Origin: Candidatus Poseidoniales archaeon
Lineage (GTDB): Archaea > Thermoplasmatota > Poseidoniia > Poseidoniales > Thalassarchaeaceae
Direction of reading: 5' to 3'
DNA length: 64,000 nt
Assembly: GCA_012964335.1 (NCBI GenBank)
Contig: DTUF01000033.1
Coordinates: 27,306-91,305 of the forward strand
A program made the position numbers and the translations under genes. The notes under the pieces were generated by a model. That model ran no database searches. It was not told where the DNA came from and was given only the letters and a program-made list of their open reading frames with translations. Below, piece by piece: positions 9,303-17,871 of the stretch (its first letter is position 1; each line of letters begins with the position of its first letter).

Positions 9303-10448
9303 TTAAGCCATTACCATACCATGCCGTAACCCTGCTTCAGAAACTTGGTGTAGGAATCTTTCAAACTGAATCCGAGGATACGAACTACGACTAAGTCGCG
9401 CATCACACTCTGAAAGACGATTGAGAAGTTCTCCTTGCAATTCTGATGGTAACATCAAACGTCCAGAAGTAAGGACTCTATGTAATTGCGATACCACGTC
9501 ATCCTTGTCTAAAGACAACTCTCCCATTAGGCGGTCAAGTTCAGCCATTGCACCAGATAGAACCTTCTTCTTACGACCATATTCGGTCTCCCACCGCCAT
9601 TCAATAATGCGGCCACGCAGAGCCATTTCCACCATTAATCTCCCACCTTGGAGGGTAGATGCTGCTACTAACTTGTGAACTGAAGAACGGTCCTCAATCT
9701 GGTCCGTACGTGTGAGAAGTTCTAGAGTGAATAACGCCTTTCTGAGATTACCGCCACTTACATGAATAATGTCTCCAAGAATTCCTGGTGCTGGCTCAAC
9801 CCTTTCTTTGGCTGATATTTGTTTTAGAATTGATTCGATTCGCTCCGGCTCGACAGATGCAATTCGAACGTGTTTACTACGACTCCTCAAAGCATCCATG
9901 ATTCTACTTGGTGCTCTAGCAGTGAAAATAAATCGCGAGGTTGCTGAATCTGATTCCATCATTCGGCGCAAATATGGTTGTCGCTTTGGGCCGAGATGGT
10001 CGGCATCTTCTATCACAATTAAACGACTGACTGGCGTTACCCCTTTTTCGGGTGGTTGTAATTCCACCCCGGCTGGTGGTGGGTCATCGGTTTCTGATGT
10101 CTCCCACATTGAGCGATCAAACGCCTCCAAGCTTGTTCTGCCTGCTAATGTATCTCTTGATGTTCTTCCAGATGGGCGTAGAAAATCCTCAAATTTTTGC
10201 ATCGCGCCAGCTGTTCCAACTAAATCTCTTGCTTGCAATACGTGGGCCGTAGATTTCCAACCCGGCCCCAAAACTTGACGCGCCACTAATCTCCATGCCG
10301 CAGTCTTTCCAACTCCTGCTGGACCTGTAATCAGCAGGTGTGGTGGGCTTCCTGAAAGACTGACAGTAGTAAGTGCACGCCTGACTTGCTTGGAAACTGC
10401 CAATTCATCAAAGCGGCGAGGAGCGTGCTTCTCTAACCAACTCGGCAT
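9303..10448 (-). CDS. rfc: Replication factor C (clamp loader) AAA+ subunit, divergent.
   Basis: Walker A TGPAGVGKT, Walker B-like VIEDADHL, sensor region SRFIFTA, and an SRC-like motif SRSKHVRI. There is an acidic/Pro-rich insertion. Confidence 0.7.
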   Translation of the reverse strand: MPSWLEKHAPRRFDELAVSKQVRRALTTVSLSGSPPHLLITGPAGVGKTAAWRLVARQVLGPGWKSTAHVLQARDLVGTAGAMQKFEDFLRPSGRTSRDTLAGRTSLEAFDRSMWETSETDDPPPAGVELQPPEKGVTPVSRLIVIEDADHLGPKRQPYLRRMMESDSATSRFIFTARAPSRIMDALRSRSKHVRIASVEPERIESILKQISAKERVEPAPGILGDIIHVSGGNLRKALFTLELLTRTDQIEDRSSVHKLVAASTLQGGRLMVEMALRGRIIEWRWETEYGRKKKVLSGAMAELDRLMGELSLDKDDVVSQLHRVLTSGRLMLPSELQGELLNRLSECDARLSRSSYPRIQFERFLHQVSEAGLRHGMVMA

Positions 10449-10630
10449 AGGACTAACTCAGGTGTTAGGCCCACAGTCTTTGAACTCAGCGATGGGATTG
10501 CTTTGTTTAGCCTACTCCGCCAATCAATTGTGGTTCACTCTTCCTCTAGGATTTCTTCAACCGTTTCACCGGCTCCGAACATGGACGCCACAATGGATGA
10601 TATCCAATCAAACATGCTTTCACTAACCAA

Positions 10631-11026
10631 TTAGGATTGAGCCAATGCTTCAACTTCAATTTCAAGCAACATCTCTGGATTAACTAACTCATGTACAACT
10701 ACGAGGGTTGAAGCTGGCCTAATATCACTGAAGAATTCGCCATGAACTCGCATGATTTCGTCGCAGTCCTTTGCCCTCGTTGCATACATTCTAGTTCTTA
10801 CCACGTCGTTTAGTGATGAATTCAGTTTCCCTAAAGCAGTCTCAATTCTTCCAAATATAATTCTGCATTGCTCAACAGGGTCGCCTTTAGCCAGTACGTT
10901 ACCATCTGAATCGGTGGCTGTTGTTCCCGCAACATGGATTACATCCCCCACCCTAATCGCTCTTGAATAGCCTGCTATTCGTTCAAACGGGGTGCCACTT
11001 GACACCAACTCACGCCTCACCATCAA
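10631..11026 (-). CDS. RidA/YjgF/L-PSP family protein.
   Basis: 131 aa. GYSRAIRVGDVIHVAGTTA and a C-terminal EIEVEA pattern are typical of the family. Confidence 0.75.
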   Translation of the reverse strand: MMVRRELVSSGTPFERIAGYSRAIRVGDVIHVAGTTATDSDGNVLAKGDPVEQCRIIFGRIETALGKLNSSLNDVVRTRMYATRAKDCDEIMRVHGEFFSDIRPASTLVVVHELVNPEMLLEIEVEALAQS

Positions 11027-11059
11027 AAGGTGAAAGGGTGTGACAATAGATGACCTTTG

Positions 11060-11371
11060 TCAATCTGCCTTGAGCATTTTGTACGCGCCTTCGCCACCTT
11101 GTTCAGGGTCTGTACCAGAGCGACGGGGTTTGACAAATATACGGAAACCGCAACTTCGGCAGGACACGCCATTCTTCTCTTGGCTAAAAGCTTCCAAAGC
11201 ACCGCACTTCAAGCAACGGTAGAGAACTTCTGTTGGTAGAGCATCTGCACCACATGCTTCACAGTTAATCCACTGTGTCCACCCTTTGATTCGGTGGTTC
11301 TCTTTACAGTTGATGTTGATGCACCGGTAGGTGAACATTCGGTCGTCTAGAAAGGTGTAAACTCGCTCCAT
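11060..11371 (-). CDS. Double zinc-ribbon protein whose C-terminal half resembles RNA polymerase subunit P (RpoP/Rpb12).
   Basis: YRCLKCGA-x13-CRSCGFRIFVKPR matches the RpoP signature. An extra CxxC...CxxC ribbon (CININC...CEAC) lies N-terminal. Confidence 0.45.
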   Translation of the reverse strand: MERVYTFLDDRMFTYRCININCKENHRIKGWTQWINCEACGADALPTEVLYRCLKCGALEAFSQEKNGVSCRSCGFRIFVKPRRSGTDPEQGGEGAYKMLKAD

Positions 11372-11425
11372 ACGAAGGCGCCGACCGGCCCGCCCTTTTT
11401 CAACCTCGCCCTTTGAGTGAAAGTC

Positions 11426-12019
11426 TTAATTACGCGATTGATGGCATATTTCAACAAAATTTTCCATTATTTTTGCACCATATTCTGAATCATTCACTTC
11501 TGGGTGAAACTGTAGACCAAAGCGGTTACCATCGTCATTTTCCATCGCTTGTACTTGACATGAAGGGCTACTAGCAGTAATGAAAAATCCATCTGGAACT
11601 ATTGTCACTTCGTCGTTATGACTTTCCCAAACAACTTGAGTTTCTGGAGTTTCTTTGAATAATGTTCCACCTCCGTCATTGAGAGTGATTTCCATCGCCC
11701 CAAACTCGGGTGATTCTGCTTCTCCACAATCACCACCATAATGTCGAGCCATGAACTGGTGGCCAGCACAAATGCCAAGAATGGGTAATTCAAGTTCAAG
11801 TAATTCAGCACAATTTCCTAGTTTGCCAGTCAACCCTACACGTGCGGCTCCGCCTGAAAGAAGTAAGCCATCAAGTTCTCTAAGATCGCCAGAAAGTGTG
11901 TCATTGTGAATTATTTGAGTGTCTACTCCAAGGTAACGAAGCATCCTCCATTCTCTATGAGTCCACTGCCCACCGTTATCAACGACATCAATAACGAGAG
12001 GCGCATCCATGGCTATCAA
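11426..12019 (-). CDS. guaAA: GMP synthase, glutamine amidotransferase subunit A.
   Basis: VDNGGQWTHREWRMLRYLGV N-terminus, GATase-1 nucleophile elbow GICAGHQ, and HPEV near the C-terminus. The ~190-aa size matches the archaeal split GuaA. Confidence 0.8.
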   Translation of the reverse strand: MIAMDAPLVIDVVDNGGQWTHREWRMLRYLGVDTQIIHNDTLSGDLRELDGLLLSGGAARVGLTGKLGNCAELLELELPILGICAGHQFMARHYGGDCGEAESPEFGAMEITLNDGGGTLFKETPETQVVWESHNDEVTIVPDGFFITASSPSCQVQAMENDDGNRFGLQFHPEVNDSEYGAKIMENFVEICHQSRN

Positions 12020-12058
12020 CCTCTTGGCGCTTGCCTGAATTCAATGAACTTGCCGCTT

Positions 12059-13189
12059 TCATTCTATGTCAGCGAGGCGAGTTAAGAATAATATTTTCAT
12101 GCTGTGTTCTATCGCCGCGGCATTATCCCAGGCTTCGTTAAAATTAGCGCCAACAGCATATACCCCGCCGCCTCGGACAACGATTGCTTTGCATTTTGAT
12201 TGCGCCAATCCTTCTGAAAGTTGACGCAAGAAATCATCCTCTGATACATCATCAGAATCAACTATCACAACTGACTCAAATCTCTGCTTACCTGCAAGGT
12301 CGGAAGGGCGGAGAACAAACAAATCCTGTTCAAGTGACATTGCAGTAGTGTAAGGGGCTGGAAGGTGTGCGCAAGCGGCACTACCATTATGCTCAAGTGA
12401 AGTTACTGCAAGTAAAATTGTGTGAATTTTCCAAGCACTTCCTACATCCAGGGGTGCCATTTCACCTAGTCTTCCTGAGGCAACGTGGCGCTCATCTAAC
12501 TGACCTAGAGGAGATCCTTCTTTGGTGATATGAACAAGGTTTGGTTCATCAAGAGAGAGTGTGGAAATACTTCCAACAGTTGCATAGCAAAGACCATCCC
12601 GTTGTAATTGGCGCCCGATTCTGACAAAATCACTAACAACGTGGGCTGGAACTACAAAACCATCCCCAACTATTGGCGGCATCGGTTGAGTATCCATTTC
12701 ATTGATTATACTTGTAGCATTTGTTAGCGCATTTCGCATTGAAAGATTTTCTGCCTGAAGAGCCTCAACATCTGACATTGGTGTTGCTGCCATTGATTGA
12801 CCAATCATACCACCAATATCTACTGAAGGGGTGGGGGGTTCATCTGAAAATTCATCATCATCATCATTAACAGGTGTATCAACATCAGCACCTGACTCTG
12901 TATCATATTCTTGCTCTGCATTATTTTGTTGAACTTCAAGAGGGGTTCCGGCAGTTCGTTGTGGTGGTGCACTGCTGGCAGTAATTCCTGGAAACATTCC
13001 CATTGGCATCCCCATTGGCGCATCTTTTGGTGGCCCACTCGGTGGGCCGGTAGGCGGCCCTTTTGGTGAGGATTTTTCTTCTTCATTATCAGCCGCGCTG
13101 GGTGATGAATCTCCTTTCTTGGCCATGTCTCTCATTACGGCGAGTTGGGTTCTCATTAAATACAGGTTGGCTTTGGCCGAGCCATTCAC
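12059..13189 (-). CDS. Protein with a disordered Pro/Gly/Asp-rich N-terminal half and a class II aldolase/adducin-like C-terminal domain.
   Basis: PPTGPPSGPPKDAPMGMPMGMFPG low-complexity region. The C-terminal part resembles the aldolase-II fold: ATVGSIS, KIHTILL, ACAHLPAPYTTA, VVRGGGVYAVGANFNEAWDNAAAIEHS. The start is uncertain because ATG 13189 sits 3 nt from tRNA-Asp. Confidence 0.5.
   Translation of the reverse strand: MNGSAKANLYLMRTQLAVMRDMAKKGDSSPSAADNEEEKSSPKGPPTGPPSGPPKDAPMGMPMGMFPGITASSAPPQRTAGTPLEVQQNNAEQEYDTESGADVDTPVNDDDDEFSDEPPTPSVDIGGMIGQSMAATPMSDVEALQAENLSMRNALTNATSIINEMDTQPMPPIVGDGFVVPAHVVSDFVRIGRQLQRDGLCYATVGSISTLSLDEPNLVHITKEGSPLGQLDERHVASGRLGEMAPLDVGSAWKIHTILLAVTSLEHNGSAACAHLPAPYTTAMSLEQDLFVLRPSDLAGKQRFESVVIVDSDDVSEDDFLRQLSEGLAQSKCKAIVVRGGGVYAVGANFNEAWDNAAAIEHSMKILFLTRLADIE
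13156..13162 (+). promoter_or_regulatory. Putative TATA box (TTAAATA) for tRNA-Asp.
   Basis: TTAAATA lies 31-37 nt upstream of the mature tRNA 5' end at 13193, the expected archaeal spacing. Confidence 0.4.
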
Positions 13190-13192
13190 TTA

Positions 13193-13268
13193 GCCCCGGT
13201 AGTGTAGTGGTCTATCATGAAGCCCTGTCGAGGCTTCGACCCGGATTCAAATTCCGGTCGGGGCGCCA
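13193..13268 (+). tRNA. tRNA-Asp (anticodon GUC), CCA encoded.
   Basis: Acceptor GCCCCGG/TCGGGGC, anticodon stem AAGCC/GGCTT with loop CTGTCGA, T-arm CCGGA-TTCAAAT-TCCGG, discriminator G, then CCA. Confidence 0.9.
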
Positions 13269-13270
13269 CG

Positions 13271-13290
13271 TGGTTTTTTGTTGTATTTTC
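13271..13290 (+). terminator. Oligo-T tract downstream of tRNA-Asp, a possible archaeal terminator.
   Basis: TGGTTTTTTGTTGTATTTT lies directly after the tRNA 3' end, in a convergent gap with the adhesin gene. Confidence 0.35.
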
Positions 13291-13326
13291 AGGGGCTTCC
13301 CTCTCCTATATCCCAAATAATGTAAA

Positions 13327-16300
13327 TTACTCTACAGGCCAAGTTTTCCATTCATCGGTTGTACCGACCTCTCTGAAATAATTTTGACCACTACTTTCTG
13401 GCCATTCAACCCATTCAAAACCATCTGAAATAACCGGGTTTTCAACCACAAGCGGTGGGCCTTTCACTTCTTGTGTGCCTGAAACTTCGCTTTCAGGTAA
13501 TGAATTCACTCTCCTTTCAGTTTCTATTTCAAAATCTTCTTGCTCATCAACAACCACACCAGTATGATCCACTTCATCAAACAATTCTTGTTCTACTAAC
13601 ATACTCTCTGGCGGCCCTGCAGGAACCATTGGTTTCTTTACAAGATGTAATGCTTGAACAAAGAGGAGCAATACCATCAACGCTACAACAACTAAGGGTA
13701 ACCAAGTCAATCCGGTGGATGTTTCTCCTTCTGGTGTTGTTTCTACTTGCTGCTCCCCGCTATTGTTGACTAAATCACCTTCATTTATCGTCTGATTAAG
13801 ATTCGTAGTGTTTGAGAAAGATTGATTTTGGAAAGTATCGTTGTTGTATGAATTATTCTGGAAAGATTGATTTTGATATGTCTCATTATCAAATGTATTG
13901 TTTTGGTATGTGTTGTTCACATACGTGTTATTCACATATGTATTGTTGACATAGGTGTTATTCTCAGTATAATTCACTGATGAACTACCTCCACCACCAT
14001 TCCCATCAGGAATTTGCCCTGGAGCACATCCCTCAGCGTTGGGACTCGCTCCTGCAGATGTCCTAGAACACTCATCAATTAGGTCAGAAATACCATCACC
14101 ATCATCATCAGAATCTTCGTTCCAATCATGACAGCCATCAGCATCAAAATCCACAGTGGGGTTAGTAACCCACCCCATCACTCCAGTTGGACAGTTATCA
14201 TCTACATCTAGAATGCCATCCGCATCATCATCCAAATCTTCATCTGAATCTCTGCACCCGTCTCCATCGTAATCTGTAATACTTCCAGAATACCAACCAA
14301 CAGAACCGTTTGGACATGAATCATCGTAATCTTGGTAATGGTCATCATCATCATTGAGGTCTTCAGTAGCATCAAGACAGCCATCACCATCATTGTCAGT
14401 GATATTAGAGGATGTCCAGTTCAATTCACCACGGCCACAGGAGTCGTATTCATCTCTAATTCCATCATCATCGTCATCAACATCTTCAACACTATCTAAA
14501 CAACCATCTCCGTCATGATCAGTTGAAGGGGTTGATATCCAGCCCAAACTACCCTTGGGGCAAGAGTCTACGGTGTCGTTGACCGAGTCATCATCATCGT
14601 CTAAATCTTCATTAGAATCCTTACAACCATCTGTATCATAATCGGTTGTGCCATTAGAAGACCAGTTTAGGGTACCAGCCATGCATGCATCATTGCTGTC
14701 AAGAAGACCATCGTTATCATCATCCAAATCCTCAACATCATCTTTGCAACCATCTGTATCGTGGTCGGTGGTGTTGTTTGAGGTCCAACCTAGTACCCCC
14801 ATTGGGCAACTATCCACTGAATCTGCAATACCCTCTGCATCATCATCACCATCACAAATATCTCCTTGACTATCGCCATCATAATTTGTCTGGCTCGGAT
14901 TGTAAATTTGCTGACAGTTGTCGCGGTTGTCTGTGATTCCATCGGCATCTGCATCCGCACTCATGCGCGCTAAAAATATGTCATCACCATCTGATGAATT
15001 AAGTGAATCAAGACCGAAAGTTCGAGCAGATGTTGAATAATGTAATTGGCCAGCTGCAGCCACCGTTCCATTACCTGTCGCGGTAACTTGTCGGACGGTT
15101 GCACTACCAGTCGGTTGTGCCGCCCATTCCCATGTGCCTAATGTAGAGGCCATAGCAACAAAGCCAGTGCCTGCTGAAGAGAGTGTAGTAAGTCCAACAC
15201 TGATTACACCGTTTTTCTCCCCAACTACTACAACACTACTGTTCCCAACCATGTTGATGTCGTAAATATAGTCATTAGATACCCCGCCAAGAGCAATTGA
15301 CCAATCCCAAACACCGCTGTTGTTGAATTTCGCGACGAATCCATCTCTACCCCCCCCAGAGTTCACCGAGCAACAATTAGGGAATGATACCGAGTTCTCA
15401 AAATGGCCTGCTAGATAGATGTCGCCAGTTGATGTAGTTTCAATAGACTCGATGAAGATACAATAGGTGGAACAGGTGGGAGCCCCCAACCACCACATTG
15501 AGGAATTATTAGGAATGAGGCGAATCAGTGCACCGGGGTAATTTCCTGGATATGATGTCCCGCCACTTGGATTACTAAAATATCCCGACTTTGCCCAAAA
15601 CACCACACCCCCATTTGGATGCTCTGTCATCACTTCCATAGTTGCTGTACCTGAAGGTCCAGAGCGATGAAGGTTGATCCAACTACTTGTTGCCGCATGG
15701 CGCTGGGCGATGCAGATGTTCCAACTACCACTACCAGTAAATTGTGTCCCATGTATTGTGGTTGTACCCGAACAAGCCCCTGAAAAAAACACATCACCAT
15801 TCATATCTACGGCGATGTCGAGGTTGACATATTGACTGGTGCTGAATCCAATCGTATCAGCAGACATCCAACCATTGACAGGGGACCAACTTGCAACCAT
15901 GAATCCAGAACCACTATTACGACTTGTAAGACCAGAGATATCGACCCAACCATTCCAGTGAAAGCCAACCCATATCGTTCCATTCGGTCCAATAGCCATT
16001 GCCGCGAAATCCTTCTCATTGGTGTTGGAAGCTGTTGAACTACTCATTCTCGCCCCCATCTTAATTTGAGCAACATCAGTCCAAGTTCCGTTGTCACTAG
16101 CAACGGCCAAGAACAAGCGTGATTGAGTTGAGGTGAAACTTTGGTCAGCGATGGATGTGTTTCCACCAAGGACGTCATTGCCGAAGCGAAGATTGTGAGA
16201 AAATGAATTTGTGACACCCATCATAACGGTGGCTGTTGAATTCAATGGTTCAAGATCAATGATATCTTCTGTGCCAGTATGACCAATCATTTTGTAGAAT

Positions 16301-17823
16301 CGTTGAGATTGTGGCCGCCCATTAGACCATGAGTATTGGTATGTGGTGGTCGCAGGTGCATCAGAATAGACATTGTAATCGTAATCTTGGCGGGCTTGGT
16401 GATTAATTGGTGCAACAACATCTGGATAGGCGCTCCCAATATCCACCCAAGCAACATCATCGATTGTAGCAAAGCCAGACCTAATGCAATAATTAGAGTA
16501 AGATACCACGCTACCAGTATTTGTCAATTCAACTACAATTGCATTGTCATAACCGTTCGTTTCTATGTTAATTTGGTTATTGTTTGAACTACCGCGGAAA
16601 TAGAAGTAATAATTCGCTACGAGTCCAATTAATATTTTACTACCAAATACATCGATAGAAGGATTCGAATATCTTTTGTAGTTACTAGAACCTTGAGTTT
16701 CGAGTGCCCATCCAATTGCTCCTACATTGGAGAATTTTACCACATATACAGACTCATAATCTCGGCCGTTGTTGATTTGAATTGAGCCCCAGGTAATCGA
16801 ATGATAATTTGAGGTGTTAGCCATTAACTCACCGACAACGAATACATTTCCCGCACTATCTACATCGAGTTTCCACGCTCGGTCATTATAGTTACAAATT
16901 GGTTTGCGGACCCACTCAACACCTGCATGAGCAACTCGCATTACAAGGCTGTCTGAACCAGTGCCACCCCCATGAGAAATTGTGGTCTGGTCAAGGGTTA
17001 GAGAGGGGGTGGAGAATTCGGCTGCGACCATTACCTTACCATTTTGATCGGCTACAATATCATGTGCCTGTTCCTTACCTGCACCACCATAAATTCGCCC
17101 TTGGTCCCAAGTTCCATTAGCAAGCCCCCAAAGAACGAGGAAATCTGTATCCCCACTATTGTTGAGAACGGTTCCGTTCACAGTGAGTGTGGGACTAGCC
17201 GTCCAACCAGAATATGCAAAATGACCATGCGAATCTTTTGTCACACCAGTGATGTTGTCAAATCCGGCTCCGTTGATTGAATTGCCCCAATCAATCGCAC
17301 CATTACTTGCATCAATTTGAATTGCGTATCCATCTCGACTTCCCGAATTAGTCAATACATCAGTGCTGGCGTTGAATTGAGGAGAATCATAACTACCGAC
17401 AACAACAACATTTCCTGAACCATCAACAAGCATATCTTCAACGTATTCATTTAGAACGCCTCCGAATGATGTGAGCCACAGCACGCTACCACTTGAATCG
17501 AATTTAGCAACGAATGCATCTAATCCACCTTCATTGAGTGCATGTTGATTGTCAATAGAAAGACTACCTCCTCTGAAAATACCTGCAATATAGGAATTCT
17601 GAGAAGAATCTGTCTCAACACTTCGTGTCCAGACAAAACCCGCATCAGTATCTTTGGCGACCCACTCCCAACCAAGCGGATTAGTAGCTACTTTCGCACT
17701 GTTAAGTGCCTCATCATCTTCACCTAATACCGTTGATTCATCCGCCATCTCATTGTTTATTGAGAGTGCTACAAGCGGTGCCGCCAACATTAGAATCGCT
17801 AAGAACAGTGCTCGGTGCATCAA
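13327..17823 (-). CDS. Giant type-I membrane-anchored adhesin-like surface protein (1498 aa). Domain order is signal peptide, beta-propeller repeats, thrombospondin-type-3-like calcium-binding repeats, an Asn-rich sequon stalk, a C-terminal TM helix and a cytoplasmic tail.
   Basis: N-terminal MMHRALFLAILMLAAPLVALS. Repeats of the type DAFVAKFDSSGSVLWLTSFGG, DGYAIQIDASNGAIDWG and DGFVAKFNNSGVWDWSIALGG. DxDxDGxxD repeats, the NNTYV stalk, and TM LTWLPLVVVALMVLLLFVQAL. Confidence 0.9.
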   Translation of the reverse strand: MMHRALFLAILMLAAPLVALSINNEMADESTVLGEDDEALNSAKVATNPLGWEWVAKDTDAGFVWTRSVETDSSQNSYIAGIFRGGSLSIDNQHALNEGGLDAFVAKFDSSGSVLWLTSFGGVLNEYVEDMLVDGSGNVVVVGSYDSPQFNASTDVLTNSGSRDGYAIQIDASNGAIDWGNSINGAGFDNITGVTKDSHGHFAYSGWTASPTLTVNGTVLNNSGDTDFLVLWGLANGTWDQGRIYGGAGKEQAHDIVADQNGKVMVAAEFSTPSLTLDQTTISHGGGTGSDSLVMRVAHAGVEWVRKPICNYNDRAWKLDVDSAGNVFVVGELMANTSNYHSITWGSIQINNGRDYESVYVVKFSNVGAIGWALETQGSSNYKRYSNPSIDVFGSKILIGLVANYYFYFRGSSNNNQINIETNGYDNAIVVELTNTGSVVSYSNYCIRSGFATIDDVAWVDIGSAYPDVVAPINHQARQDYDYNVYSDAPATTTYQYSWSNGRPQSQRFYKMIGHTGTEDIIDLEPLNSTATVMMGVTNSFSHNLRFGNDVLGGNTSIADQSFTSTQSRLFLAVASDNGTWTDVAQIKMGARMSSSTASNTNEKDFAAMAIGPNGTIWVGFHWNGWVDISGLTSRNSGSGFMVASWSPVNGWMSADTIGFSTSQYVNLDIAVDMNGDVFFSGACSGTTTIHGTQFTGSGSWNICIAQRHAATSSWINLHRSGPSGTATMEVMTEHPNGGVVFWAKSGYFSNPSGGTSYPGNYPGALIRLIPNNSSMWWLGAPTCSTYCIFIESIETTSTGDIYLAGHFENSVSFPNCCSVNSGGGRDGFVAKFNNSGVWDWSIALGGVSNDYIYDINMVGNSSVVVVGEKNGVISVGLTTLSSAGTGFVAMASTLGTWEWAAQPTGSATVRQVTATGNGTVAAAGQLHYSTSARTFGLDSLNSSDGDDIFLARMSADADADGITDNRDNCQQIYNPSQTNYDGDSQGDICDGDDDAEGIADSVDSCPMGVLGWTSNNTTDHDTDGCKDDVEDLDDDNDGLLDSNDACMAGTLNWSSNGTTDYDTDGCKDSNEDLDDDDDSVNDTVDSCPKGSLGWISTPSTDHDGDGCLDSVEDVDDDDDGIRDEYDSCGRGELNWTSSNITDNDGDGCLDATEDLNDDDDHYQDYDDSCPNGSVGWYSGSITDYDGDGCRDSDEDLDDDADGILDVDDNCPTGVMGWVTNPTVDFDADGCHDWNEDSDDDGDGISDLIDECSRTSAGASPNAEGCAPGQIPDGNGGGGSSSVNYTENNTYVNNTYVNNTYVNNTYQNNTFDNETYQNQSFQNNSYNNDTFQNQSFSNTTNLNQTINEGDLVNNSGEQQVETTPEGETSTGLTWLPLVVVALMVLLLFVQALHLVKKPMVPAGPPESMLVEQELFDEVDHTGVVVDEQEDFEIETERRVNSLPESEVSGTQEVKGPPLVVENPVISDGFEWVEWPESSGQNYFREVGTTDEWKTWPVE
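13760..13980 (-). repeat. Asn-rich low-complexity stalk dense in N-x-S/T sequons, including about three 15-nt NNTYV units.
   Basis: The protein reads VNYTENNTYVNNTYVNNTYVNNTYQNNTFDNETYQNQSFQNNSYNNDTFQNQSFSNTTNLNQT. Confidence 0.85.
14071..14808 (-). repeat. Six tandem 123-nt (41-aa) Cys-bracketed Asp-rich calcium-binding repeat units inside the adhesin gene.
   Basis: Unit consensus is C-P-x-G-x-L/V-G-W-x-S-x3-T-D-x-D-x-D-G-C-x-D-x2-E-D-L-D-D-D-x-D-G-x2-D-x2-D-x. I read it six times, from CPMGVLGW to the unit before CSRTSAG. Confidence 0.85.
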
Positions 17824-17871
17824 CGGGGAGAATCCCCGCGCGTTAATACCTGTTTCGCCGGAGAAAAATTT

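Noticed and set aside
9769-10278. 169-aa plus-strand ORF.
   Set aside because: It is antisense to the RFC gene, which has Walker A/B motifs. This is a shadow ORF.
15350-15357. C8 homopolymer inside the adhesin gene, checked as a second possible frameshift site.
   Set aside because: The reading frame is continuous across it (SGGGRDGF), so there is no evidence of a frameshift here.
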